The position numbers were made by a program, and so were the translations under genes. From a virus (Duplodnaviria > Heunggongvirae > Uroviricota > Caudoviricetes), in IMG/VR virus record IMGVR_UViG_2609459830_000022: a DNA stretch of 16,063 nucleotides; one strand, given 5' to 3'. The notes below the pieces were generated by a model that saw nothing but the letters and a program-made list of their open reading frames with translations, had not been told where the DNA came from and did not search any database. Positions 8,737-14,845 of this stretch are shown here, piece by piece (position 1 is the stretch's first letter; every line of letters starts with the position of its first letter).

Positions 8737-8913
8737 GCGGCAAACACTCAACCGTTTTTCATAAGGAAATCAGCAATCGCACCGATCGTTTTCCCGCCTG
8801 GTAATGAATATTGGCGAGAACATTAACAGGCGGAAAAGTGGCCCCAGCGTCCTGGCACCACGGGCGAGAATAATCATGATTCAGTTCGGGTAAAATATGC
8901 CGATCCGCTCAGT

Positions 8914-8940
8914 GAACAACGTGGAACAACCACGAACAAA
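8914..8940. repeat. Phased TTGTT/AACAA repeat cluster, site B (3 units, AACAA on plus strand)
   Basis: gaacaacgtg gaacaaccac gaacaaa. The reverse complement TTGTTCGTGG TTGTTCCACG TTGTTC matches site C (14754..14803) at 24 of 25 positions. It lies about 215 bp upstream of the capsid start. Confidence 0.65.
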
Positions 8941-8950
8941 TAATTTACAA

Positions 8951-8980
8951 AACATGACAAAAAGCCGGATTGCTCCGGCT
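8951..8980 (-). terminator. Rho-independent terminator after the PerC-like gene
   Basis: Minus-strand RNA: AGCCGGA-GCAA-UCCGGCU followed by UUUUUGUCAUGUUUUG, beginning 7 nt after the TAA at 8987-8989. Confidence 0.7.
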
Positions 8981-8986
8981 GTGTGA

Positions 8987-9259
8987 TTATCTGTCCTGGT
9001 AATTTCGCCATATTTCATCACCAGCACCATCCATACCCATTTCGGCATAAGTGCGATCGACCGCCTTTTTCAGGTCTCCGTAATTATCCGGCGGCTCCGG
9101 TGGCCTCTGTGCCTTCCTGGAACATTCCAGCCGTCGCATCGTGATATGATGCCGTTCCTTGTCTGTCTCCACCAGTAGCATGACTTCACCCCATCGCGCC
9201 GCCGCCCTCCGGTAAAAGCCTTTCGCCTCGAGTTCTTCCGCTATGCGGTCATGTACCAT
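8987..9259 (-). CDS. Small regulator, PerC-family-like (90 aa)
   Basis: ATG at 9259 preceded by GAGGGGGGGA Shine-Dalgarno. The motif EAKGFYRRAAARWGEVM resembles the PerC/Pch family of small transcriptional activators; the assignment is from memory of the family motif, not a search. Confidence 0.45.
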   Translation of the reverse strand: MVHDRIAEELEAKGFYRRAAARWGEVMLLVETDKERHHITMRRLECSRKAQRPPEPPDNYGDLKKAVDRTYAEMGMDGAGDEIWRNYQDR

Positions 9260-9269
9260 CGTCCCCCCC

Positions 9270-9680
9270 TCAGAACGGAATATCATCACCGTAAGGGTCA
9301 TCGCCTCCCACTGGTGGCTGATTACCCTGTGTGCCAGTGGTCTTGCGTCGGCTCCCACCAGGACGTGCCGCCCGGGCACTGATTACGCTGTCTGCAATAA
9401 CCTGATAACCCTGCCGCGTTTCCCCGTTCTGTCCGGTCCACTGGCTGACCTGCATGTTACCCGCCACGGTCAGGAGTTCACCCTTGCGGTGCCTTGCCAG
9501 TGCTTCGGCCTGTCTGCCAAATGCCAGGTCGGATAACCACATCGTCGCCGTTCCGTCATCTGCCTGGCTGCACGGAAGGGGGACCGCCATACTCGCCATC
9601 GTCATTTGTGTACCCTTGCTGGTGGTCTTTAACTGCGGGTCAGCCACCAGCCGCCCGTAAGCTGCAATTTGTGCTGTCAT
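9270..9680 (-). CDS. ssb: Single-stranded DNA-binding protein (SSB-like), 136 aa
   Basis: OB-fold-like N-terminal region, Gly/Pro-rich linker and the acidic C-terminal tip DDIPF diagnostic of SSB. GAGGTGG Shine-Dalgarno before ATG 9680. Confidence 0.8.
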   Translation of the reverse strand: MTAQIAAYGRLVADPQLKTTSKGTQMTMASMAVPLPCSQADDGTATMWLSDLAFGRQAEALARHRKGELLTVAGNMQVSQWTGQNGETRQGYQVIADSVISARAARPGGSRRKTTGTQGNQPPVGGDDPYGDDIPF

Positions 9681-9689
9681 ATTGCCACC

Positions 9690-9995
9690 TCAGTGAAGCG
9701 ATCCGGCGTTATTCTTTTTCATCTCTTCCATCATTTTTTCAGTGAGCATTACGCACTGAAAACCCATGTTTTTGATGTCTACGGGCTTCATGCCTTTATC
9801 AGTGGATATCACAGGAAGAATATCCTGATACACATCGCGGTCAGGGTAACTAAGCACACAAAGCGCCCATGATGCCACGGGTGAGGATCCTTCGTCTGTT
9901 TCAACCCACCAGCCTGGTGTAGCTGCGCTTATTTGCAGAATCGTGATCAGTCCGTTGTGCTTGTAAAGTTTTTCACCAAATTTTGGTTCGCTCAT
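9690..9995 (-). CDS. Hypothetical protein (101 aa)
   Basis: ATG at 9995 with GAGAGGTGG Shine-Dalgarno and ATGA overlap with the upstream gene. No recognisable motif. Confidence 0.5.
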   Translation of the reverse strand: MSEPKFGEKLYKHNGLITILQISAATPGWWVETDEGSSPVASWALCVLSYPDRDVYQDILPVISTDKGMKPVDIKNMGFQCVMLTEKMMEEMKKNNAGSLH

Positions 9996-10243
9996 GATTC
10001 CACCTCTCCGGTTTTAACGTTGATGGTTGTTACCTGTTCCGCTTCGGCAATCTCCCGTTCTGTCAGCGTGGCAAAGTTTGCCGCCGCCGTGGTCATGAAT
10101 GCGCTTATCAGGTCGGGATGTTCCTTCGCGTATCCTTCCCGCGTGTGGCGGTCTATCGTTCTGATTGCCACCTTTAAGGTGTGCTCAGTCATGTCTAACG
10201 CTTTATATTTTGGCTCTGTTCTGTCTCTGCGTTTTTGGGTCAT
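9992..10243 (-). CDS. Hypothetical protein (83 aa from ATG 10243; ORF track extends to GTG 10273)
   Basis: ORF immediately downstream of the iteron region. Start choice is uncertain: ATG at 10243 and ATG at 10192 are both possible. Confidence 0.4.
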   Translation of the reverse strand: MTQKRRDRTEPKYKALDMTEHTLKVAIRTIDRHTREGYAKEHPDLISAFMTTAAANFATLTEREIAEAEQVTTINVKTGEVES

Positions 10244-10253
10244 TTCTCGCAAC

Positions 10254-10447
10254 CTCTCACTTTTTCGCCTCACTTTTTCAAGCGTCTCACTTCGTCGCAG
10301 CTGGGATTTTCGGTTTTTCTATGTGTGTGTTTCATAAGTATTTTTTTACCCCTCACTTTTGAGGATGTATACAGGTCGAAAAGTGAGGGAGAGCAGGCTA
10401 ATTTTGGCCCTCTTTCTATCCACCTCGCTTTTGCTCCTCACTTTTAT
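10254..10447. repeat. Iteron cluster, putative replication origin (7 copies of CTCACTTTT, one inverted, flanking an A/T-rich core)
   Basis: Copies at about 10256, 10269, 10286 (imperfect), 10352, 10379 (inverted), 10424 (imperfect) and 10437. The A/T-rich stretch is at 10300-10350. The cluster sits immediately 3-prime of the primase-helicase gene (stop 10444-10446). Confidence 0.7.
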
Positions 10448-11844
10448 AGCGGTGCTACATCATCCCCATCGATACGAATAACCCCATCTTTTTCCAGCTT
10501 GTACAGCCAGCGCCGGAAGTTTTTCATTTCATACCCCAGCTTTTTCATGTCATCACGTAACAGCGGGATCGTGCACTTGTCGCCGTTCTGTGTGCGTGAA
10601 CGGATGCACCCCCATAGCGCGGTATGGTTTTCCGTCTTGTTCCCTGCCTCCTCGATGCGCTCCAGTTCAACAGGAGGGCGCGGATCATCCACCACCACCA
10701 GCGACGTGATTAATTCACCGTCAGCGTCGGTAAAAAGCTCCACCACGCGTAAGTCATATGCGGCTTCTTTGAGTTCCTCCGCGTCCTTCATTTTGGTGCA
10801 TGAGATAACCAGCGCTTCGCTTCCTGCGTCCTCCCTGCGTATCCGGTATTCAGCATCCAGCGAAGCACGAAATGCACTGGAACCGCGCGCGCCTTTCGTC
10901 TCATCCTTGCCGGAATGGTGAACCACCAGCACCGTGGCCCCTGTGCGTCGTTTCAGTTCGTCACAACCACGGATAAACGCCCCCATATCACGGGAATCAT
11001 TTTCATCATTCCCACCAAAGCAACGCGCCAGCGTATCCAGAATAATCATGCGTACAGGTTTACCCGTTTCCCGCTCCACCTGACGGGCAGCGATAACCAT
11101 TTCATCAACATCAAGCGGGGCAGCCGGAAAGATGGGGCGGTTTACCAGATACAGATTTTTCACCTGCTCATCGTGCACAACCTCCCAGGCTTTTACACGA
11201 CGCGGAACACCTATACCGCCTTCACCGACCACATAGAGAACCGCACCATGTGCAACCCTGCGGCCTCCCCACTGGCGACCAGTGGCAACATGGCACGCCC
11301 ACGATCCGGCAAGGAATGATTTATAGGACCCGCTAGCCCCGTATATGCTGCATAGCGATACCGCCGGAATAATCCCCTTAACCACGTAATCCAGTTGCGT
11401 GTCGTATCCGGTAGATCCAACGCTCATCGGTAGCGTGGTTTTTCGCTGGTGGTTTTTTTCTTCCGCCGGCTCTTTCCCACGCACCCGTTCCAGGTATTCG
11501 CGCCAGTTCTCCCGCATATGGCTGTGCATCCCTTCGGGGTAATAATTCGCATCAGTTACACCCGCCGCCGCCAGCTTGTGCGCAATGGCATTAATATTTG
11601 ATGGCCTGATGTGGCCTGCCTTGTACAGCCGGACACAATAGCGCCCCTCGTCGATGATTCTCAGGTCTGCCAGTTCATCCAGTTGATCATCAGCCAGCAC
11701 AACGGGAGGCACATTATCGCCAGCCAGTCGCCCGTCCTGTTCCTGCCACTGTTTCGCATGTGCCCAGGCATCACTACCCGCAAAAATAATGACTTCGGTC
11801 ATCTTGTCGTAAGGCTGTTTTTTTAAGTTCGGTGCGCTTTTCAT
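10444..11844 (-). CDS. Replication initiator: Toprim-like N-domain + RecA-like (RepA/AAA_25-type) ATPase + C-terminal winged-helix; PICI pri-rep-like
   Basis: P-loop-like IYGASGSYKSF, RepA-like segment ILDTLARCFGGNDENDSRDMGAFIRGCDELKRRTGATVLVVHHSGKD, N-terminal VIIFAGSDAWAHA Toprim-like segment. Followed by the iterons. Confidence 0.78.
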   Translation of the reverse strand: MKSAPNLKKQPYDKMTEVIIFAGSDAWAHAKQWQEQDGRLAGDNVPPVVLADDQLDELADLRIIDEGRYCVRLYKAGHIRPSNINAIAHKLAAAGVTDANYYPEGMHSHMRENWREYLERVRGKEPAEEKNHQRKTTLPMSVGSTGYDTQLDYVVKGIIPAVSLCSIYGASGSYKSFLAGSWACHVATGRQWGGRRVAHGAVLYVVGEGGIGVPRRVKAWEVVHDEQVKNLYLVNRPIFPAAPLDVDEMVIAARQVERETGKPVRMIILDTLARCFGGNDENDSRDMGAFIRGCDELKRRTGATVLVVHHSGKDETKGARGSSAFRASLDAEYRIRREDAGSEALVISCTKMKDAEELKEAAYDLRVVELFTDADGELITSLVVVDDPRPPVELERIEEAGNKTENHTALWGCIRSRTQNGDKCTIPLLRDDMKKLGYEMKNFRRWLYKLEKDGVIRIDGDDVAPL

Positions 11845-12140
11845 TTCTTGCCCCTGAATCCGTTAACCATGGTTTTCAGCTTCTGGATGTTTGCCCGTGC
11901 CCTGGCGTTGCTGGTGGGCACGTTATGCGGCGCGGTCTGTACCAGAGAAAAATCACGCCGGAACTGATAAACAGGCATCACGCAATCATATTCGTAACCT
12001 TCACGGCGGTAAGTTACGCACCGTCCCGCCACGCCCTTAATCATTACCGTGCCGCCGTACTGGTCGCGGTAAATATCACCGCGCATAAATTTAGGGTGAG
12101 TGTTGCCACTGGCAGTTAAGCCAGAATATTTAAGTTTCAT
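11841..12140 (-). CDS. Hypothetical protein (99 aa), translationally coupled to the primase-helicase
   Basis: ATG at 12140; its stop overlaps the primase start (ATGA). Confidence 0.5.
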   Translation of the reverse strand: MKLKYSGLTASGNTHPKFMRGDIYRDQYGGTVMIKGVAGRCVTYRREGYEYDCVMPVYQFRRDFSLVQTAPHNVPTSNARARANIQKLKTMVNGFRGKK

Positions 12141-12145
12141 TATTT

Positions 12146-12379
12146 TTATTCTCCGGTGTGCTGTTCGTTATATCTGTCGTGCAATGTCTCTATTTCCTGC
12201 AACTCATTTATTACAGGCTCAAGAAGCGTTATTAATGATGTAATAATCCGCGTTTTTTTTGCATTACGTTCATTATCGCCAAAGGATTCAAGGCACATCC
12301 GCAATATTTCGTACATACCTTCAGCGTAAGCAAGGGCACTAAATGCGCGGTCTATTGTTTCAAGATAAATATCACGCAT
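12146..12379 (-). CDS. Small hypothetical protein (77 aa), member of a tandem paralog trio
   Basis: ATG at 12379 with GGGGA Shine-Dalgarno. Shares the MRD start and an EI-R ... I--LI pattern with the next gene. Confidence 0.45.
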   Translation of the reverse strand: MRDIYLETIDRAFSALAYAEGMYEILRMCLESFGDNERNAKKTRIITSLITLLEPVINELQEIETLHDRYNEQHTGE

Positions 12380-12380
12380 A

Positions 12381-12602
12381 TTAATCCCCGTCCGTTGTTT
12401 TTCTTAAAACAGCTTCTGTCACGAAATCAGCATAGTTAGCGGCAATATCAAGAATATTTAGCCCTGTACCTCTGTGCTCATCAGTGCAAAGAAAGAAAAA
12501 AGCCACCCGCATAATTTCAGATATTGACGAAAGCGCATCAGCCGCATCATCAGGAACGCCGGAAAATTCTTGTTTCAGGGAATTAAAACGATCATCACGC
12601 AT
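12381..12602 (-). CDS. Small hypothetical protein (73 aa), paralog of the 77-aa and 80-aa neighbours
   Basis: ATG at 12602 immediately preceded by a G9 homopolymer on the coding strand (C9 at 12605-12613 on plus). Confidence 0.45.
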   Translation of the reverse strand: MRDDRFNSLKQEFSGVPDDAADALSSISEIMRVAFFFLCTDEHRGTGLNILDIAANYADFVTEAVLRKTTDGD

Positions 12603-12817
12603 AACCCCCCCCCATTTTCACAATCAGCAACAAGAATATTTTTAGCGTCATTCAGCGACCGCGTTGCGATGTATCGGATACATTCCAGGGCGAACGTTGT
12701 CCGGTCTTTCTGTTCTTCTCCCTGCGCAAGCTCTGCCGTGCATTCAATATCAATAAGCGCGTGCATCAGCGTAGTGAGCGCGGCGGCGGCTGCGTCCGGT
12801 GTGGTTTTATTGCACAT
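12575..12817 (-). CDS. Small hypothetical protein (80 aa from ATG 12817), third paralog
   Basis: ATG at 12817 preceded by a strong AGGAGG Shine-Dalgarno. Segment TPDAAAAALTTL resembles VPDDAADALSSI of the 73-aa gene. Its C-terminus (GGG) reads through the G9 tract. Confidence 0.4.
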   Translation of the reverse strand: MCNKTTPDAAAAALTTLMHALIDIECTAELAQGEEQKDRTTFALECIRYIATRSLNDAKNILVADCENGGGLCVMIVLIP

Positions 12818-12980
12818 GGCACACCTCCTGACGAATACGGGCGACAAAAATCAGATGTGCGTGCGGCAGCTGTGCACGTGCTTCGCGCTCAGTGGCAGCG
12901 GTAACGGTGAATATTGCAATACTGTCTGTCAGGCACTGCATAAAGCGCCAGACAAAATAAGGGCGTGTGAATACAGCCAT
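12807..12980 (-). CDS. Icd-like small protein (host cell-division-inhibitor-like), copy B, 57 aa
   Basis: ATG at 12980 with TAGGAGCC Shine-Dalgarno. Motif FVWRF ... TAATEREARAQLP ... LIFVARIRQ is shared with copy A. Family assignment is from memory of the conserved motif. Confidence 0.45.
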   Translation of the reverse strand: MAVFTRPYFVWRFMQCLTDSIAIFTVTAATEREARAQLPHAHLIFVARIRQEVCHVQ

Positions 12981-13266
12981 GTGAAAGGCTCCTACAGTAA
13001 TTTTAAGGAGTCTCGCTACTACGCTGTCAAACATGGTGGCGAGACGTAACAGGGTTGACAGACTGGCACTGTAGAGACCAGCGAGCGCAAAGGCTCCCCC
13101 GTTACGCCCCGCCATAATGCGGGTATGGGTAGGTTTACGGACACAAAAAAACCGCATATCGGAATGTAAGCGGCTGTCCGCTACAGTATTCAGGCTGTCA
13201 AACCCGGTCGCCATGTGGGCGACGGGGGAAGCATACAGCCCCGTGATAATTTTTTGCAAGCGGTTT

Positions 13267-13464
13267 TTACGCATGATGTGACCCCTGACGAATACGGGCG
13301 GCAAATACAGCAACACAACCTGACGGGCAACGGCTACGCGCTTCGCGTTCCGTCCAGGCGGTTACGTGGATGATTTGAGATTCTCCGGCACTCAGTGCCA
13401 GAAAACGCCACACAAAGGCCGTTTGTGTGTGTACAAGGTGTGGTATATGATTTACGGCAACCAT
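13267..13464 (-). CDS. Icd-like small protein, copy A, 65 aa
   Basis: ATG at 13464 with TAGGAGCC Shine-Dalgarno. Motif FVWRF ... TAWTEREARSRCP ... AVFAARIRQ. Confidence 0.5.
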   Translation of the reverse strand: MVAVNHIPHLVHTQTAFVWRFLALSAGESQIIHVTAWTEREARSRCPSGCVAVFAARIRQGSHHA

Positions 13465-13537
13465 AACGGCTCCTAGTTTACGTTGTTGGTTAGAAGCCCT
13501 GCGAGTGGTAATGACACTTGCGGGGCTTTGCTTTTTT
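13458..13537 (+). ncRNA. Candidate small cis-antisense RNA overlapping the start and Shine-Dalgarno of Icd-like copy A
   Basis: Plus-strand promoter-like TTGTGT (13423-13428), 17-nt spacer, TATGAT (13446-13451). Plus-strand-specific terminator at 13496-13537. No plus-strand ORF lies in between. Confidence 0.3.
13496..13537 (+). terminator. Rho-independent terminator, plus-strand specific
   Basis: 12-bp stem gccctgcgagtg / cacttgcggggc (two G-U wobbles on the plus RNA, which are C-A and U-C mismatches on the minus RNA), 7-nt loop, then TTTGCTTTTTT. Confidence 0.6.
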
Positions 13538-13553
13538 AAGTGCTCTTGTGTTA

Positions 13554-13600
13554 AGGTGACCACCTAACAATGGAAAGGCTAATTCAATAGGTGACCACTT
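13554..13600. promoter_or_regulatory. Two operator-like palindromes AGGTGACCACCT (13554-13565) and AGGTGACCACTT (13589-13600) in the divergent control region
   Basis: Inverted-repeat arms AGGTG/CACCT with centres 35 bp apart. The second overlaps the Shine-Dalgarno and TTG start of the RHH gene. A TTGACA hexamer on the minus strand (13605-13600) lies between them. Confidence 0.5.
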
Positions 13601-13790
13601 GTCAACAATCAAACGCGATAAAAGCCCTAAAGGGGACGGGCAATCCCCACAATTCAGAATGCGAATTTCTCCAGAGCTAAAAGAGCAATTCGACAAAGAA
13701 GCACAGAGCGACGGCATAAGCCTAGCCAACTGGCTTAAAGAGTTGGGGCGCACTGAACTAAAGCGGCGCGGCATAGAACCCAAAGGATAA
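13599..13790 (+). CDS. Arc/Mnt-like ribbon-helix-helix DNA-binding protein (63 aa, TTG start)
   Basis: SPQFRMRISPELKEQFDKEAQSDGISLANWLKELG matches the beta-strand / helix A / helix B pattern of P22 Arc (PQFNLRWPREVLDLVRKVAEENGRSVNSEIYQRV). Start must be upstream of the PQF strand; TTG at 13599 has AGGTGA 4 nt upstream. Confidence 0.55.
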   Translation: MSTIKRDKSPKGDGQSPQFRMRISPELKEQFDKEAQSDGISLANWLKELGRTELKRRGIEPKG

Positions 13791-13847
13791 AAACTATCAG
13801 CGCCGTGGTGTGAGGTATTACGGCGCATTGCTATGCAGGACAACACA

Positions 13848-14021
13848 ATGACCGATAAAGAATTGACCAAAACATTATCACCGGCACGGAAAAGACGGCG
13901 CAGAAAGATAGAGCATGAATCAGAAAGATTCGCGCCATGTGCTTTTGCCCTTGAGCAATTCCTTAAAGAGTATAGGGAAAAGCGCTCATTGCAGGTATGG
14001 CAACGAACTGAACCAGACTGA
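13848..14021 (+). CDS. Small basic hypothetical protein (57 aa from ATG 13848; ORF track starts at ATG 13833)
   Basis: ORF downstream of the RHH gene in the same plus-strand unit. AGGA 8 nt before ATG 13848. Arg/Lys-rich N-terminal half. No recognised family. Confidence 0.3.
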   Translation: MTDKELTKTLSPARKRRRRKIEHESERFAPCAFALEQFLKEYREKRSLQVWQRTEPD

Positions 14022-14115
14022 TTGCATTGCCCACCAGCCTGATAGCGGCTATCATCCCCGTGCTTATGTTTGGGATCACATACACATAAGGCGCAGCGGG
14101 TTATCTGTTCAGAAA

Positions 14116-14144
14116 GGCGGCTCCATTTCGGGGCCGCTTTTTTT
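14116..14144 (+). terminator. Rho-independent terminator closing the plus-strand RHH unit
   Basis: ggcggctcc-atttc-ggggccgc followed by T7. The stem has one G-U wobble on the plus RNA that is a mismatch on the minus RNA. Confidence 0.7.
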
Positions 14145-14290
14145 ATGCCTGAAAAACCCCAATTTTGTGGTTTTCCAGTCTCACCAGGGCGAACGAATCC
14201 CCGCCCACGTTCTGGCGTATATTCAATCTTCATGGTTATAGCTCTGTGTTCAGATGATTGATGTGTGGCGGCTGCGTGCCGCCAGCGTGA

Positions 14291-14479
14291 TTAATGAACT
14301 GCCTTGCAGCTATCCTTCCAGGCCAGAACCTCGGATAAAGACCAGCCAACGGAACGACCGCCAAGTTTACGACGTGATGGGAATTGTCCGGCCTTTTCCA
14401 GGCGGTAGCGACACGTACGGCTAAGGCCGGTTAGTTTTTCGCATTCTTTTTCACGTATAAACCGATCAGTGCTTAACAC
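14291..14479 (-). CDS. alpA: AlpA-family phage/island regulatory protein (62 aa, GTG start)
   Basis: LTGLSRTCRYRLEKAGQFPSRRKLGGRSVGWSLSEVLAWK matches the AlpA helix-turn-helix family pattern. A G7 tract serves as the Shine-Dalgarno. Located directly after the integrase gene, as in P4-like and PICI elements. Confidence 0.8.
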   Translation of the reverse strand: MLSTDRFIREKECEKLTGLSRTCRYRLEKAGQFPSRRKLGGRSVGWSLSEVLAWKDSCKAVH

Positions 14480-14520
14480 TATTGCCCCCCCTTTCGTTTC
14501 TTAAAGAGTCATCAGGTGTC

Positions 14521-14543
14521 TTATTGTGTCGTATTGTTCCCGC
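14521..14543. repeat. Phased TTGTT repeat cluster, site D (2 units, TTGT on plus strand)
   Basis: ttATTGTGTCgtATTGTTCCcgc, near-identical to the reverse complement of site A. It lies 45-65 bp upstream of the alpA start. Confidence 0.55.
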
Positions 14544-14753
14544 TAGAGTGATGAATGGCAAATATTGAGGATGTATGATTTACAGAAAATGAAACAGTAA
14601 GAATAAAATCTTTTAAATTCATGTTAATACAAAGGCATAAAATATTGTTTCATGCCTTTTTTCTCGCTCTTTAAAGAGTGATTCGCTAGTGTATAAAAAA
14701 CCAGTGACACATTAAAAATCAGCCACTTATAAATCTGTATGCTTTTTCGCCTC

Positions 14754-14803
14754 TTGTTCGTGGTTGTTCCACATTGTTGCTCATTGTTGCACGTTGTATC
14801 TGT
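14754..14803. repeat. Phased TTGTT repeat cluster, site C (5 tandem 10-bp units)
   Basis: TTGTTCGTGG TTGTTCCACA TTGTTGCTCA TTGTTGCACG TTGTATCTGT with exact 10-bp register, in the int-alpA intergenic region. Confidence 0.65.
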
Positions 14804-14812
14804 TCGCATATA

Positions 14813-14828
14813 CAGTATGCGCATACTG
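14813..14828. repeat. Perfect 16-bp palindrome cagtatgcgcatactg
   Basis: Read directly; located 18 nt downstream of the integrase stop and adjacent to repeat site C. Confidence 0.6.
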
Positions 14829-14845
14829 AAAAAACACGAAAAAAA

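Noticed and set aside
7542-8747. Upstream extension of the capsid ORF to 8747
   Set aside because: Starts at GTG and reads through the hairpin and U7 tract; ATG 8699 gives a typical capsid N-terminus, so the shorter form was annotated.
10235-10921. Plus-strand ORF (228 aa), Ser/Thr-rich
   Set aside because: Lies entirely antisense to the primase-helicase gene and the iteron region, with low-complexity composition; a typical shadow ORF.
12981-13274. N-terminal extension of Icd-like copy B (ORF track 12807..13316, 169 aa)
   Set aside because: The conserved Icd-like core starts at ATG 12980, which has the same strong ribosome-binding site as copy A. The upstream extension has no such signal and no similarity to copy A; more likely a leader or non-coding RNA region.
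13490-14233. Long minus-strand ORF (247 aa) spanning the alpA-proximal control region
   Set aside because: Cys/Ser/Arg/Leu-rich, low-complexity translation with no recognisable motif. It runs through two plus-strand-specific terminators, the operator palindromes and the well-folded plus-strand RHH gene, so it is most likely an antisense artefact. A real coding role cannot be fully excluded without expression data.
14631-14662. Hairpin aaaggcat-(13 nt)-atgccttt followed by T-run
   Set aside because: Only 5 strong base pairs and a long loop; could be a weak terminator after int but the evidence is insufficient to annotate.
14624-14824. 66-aa minus-strand ORF in the int-alpA intergenic region
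   Set aside because: Lies in A/T-rich regulatory DNA containing the phased repeats and a hairpin; composition is not protein-like.
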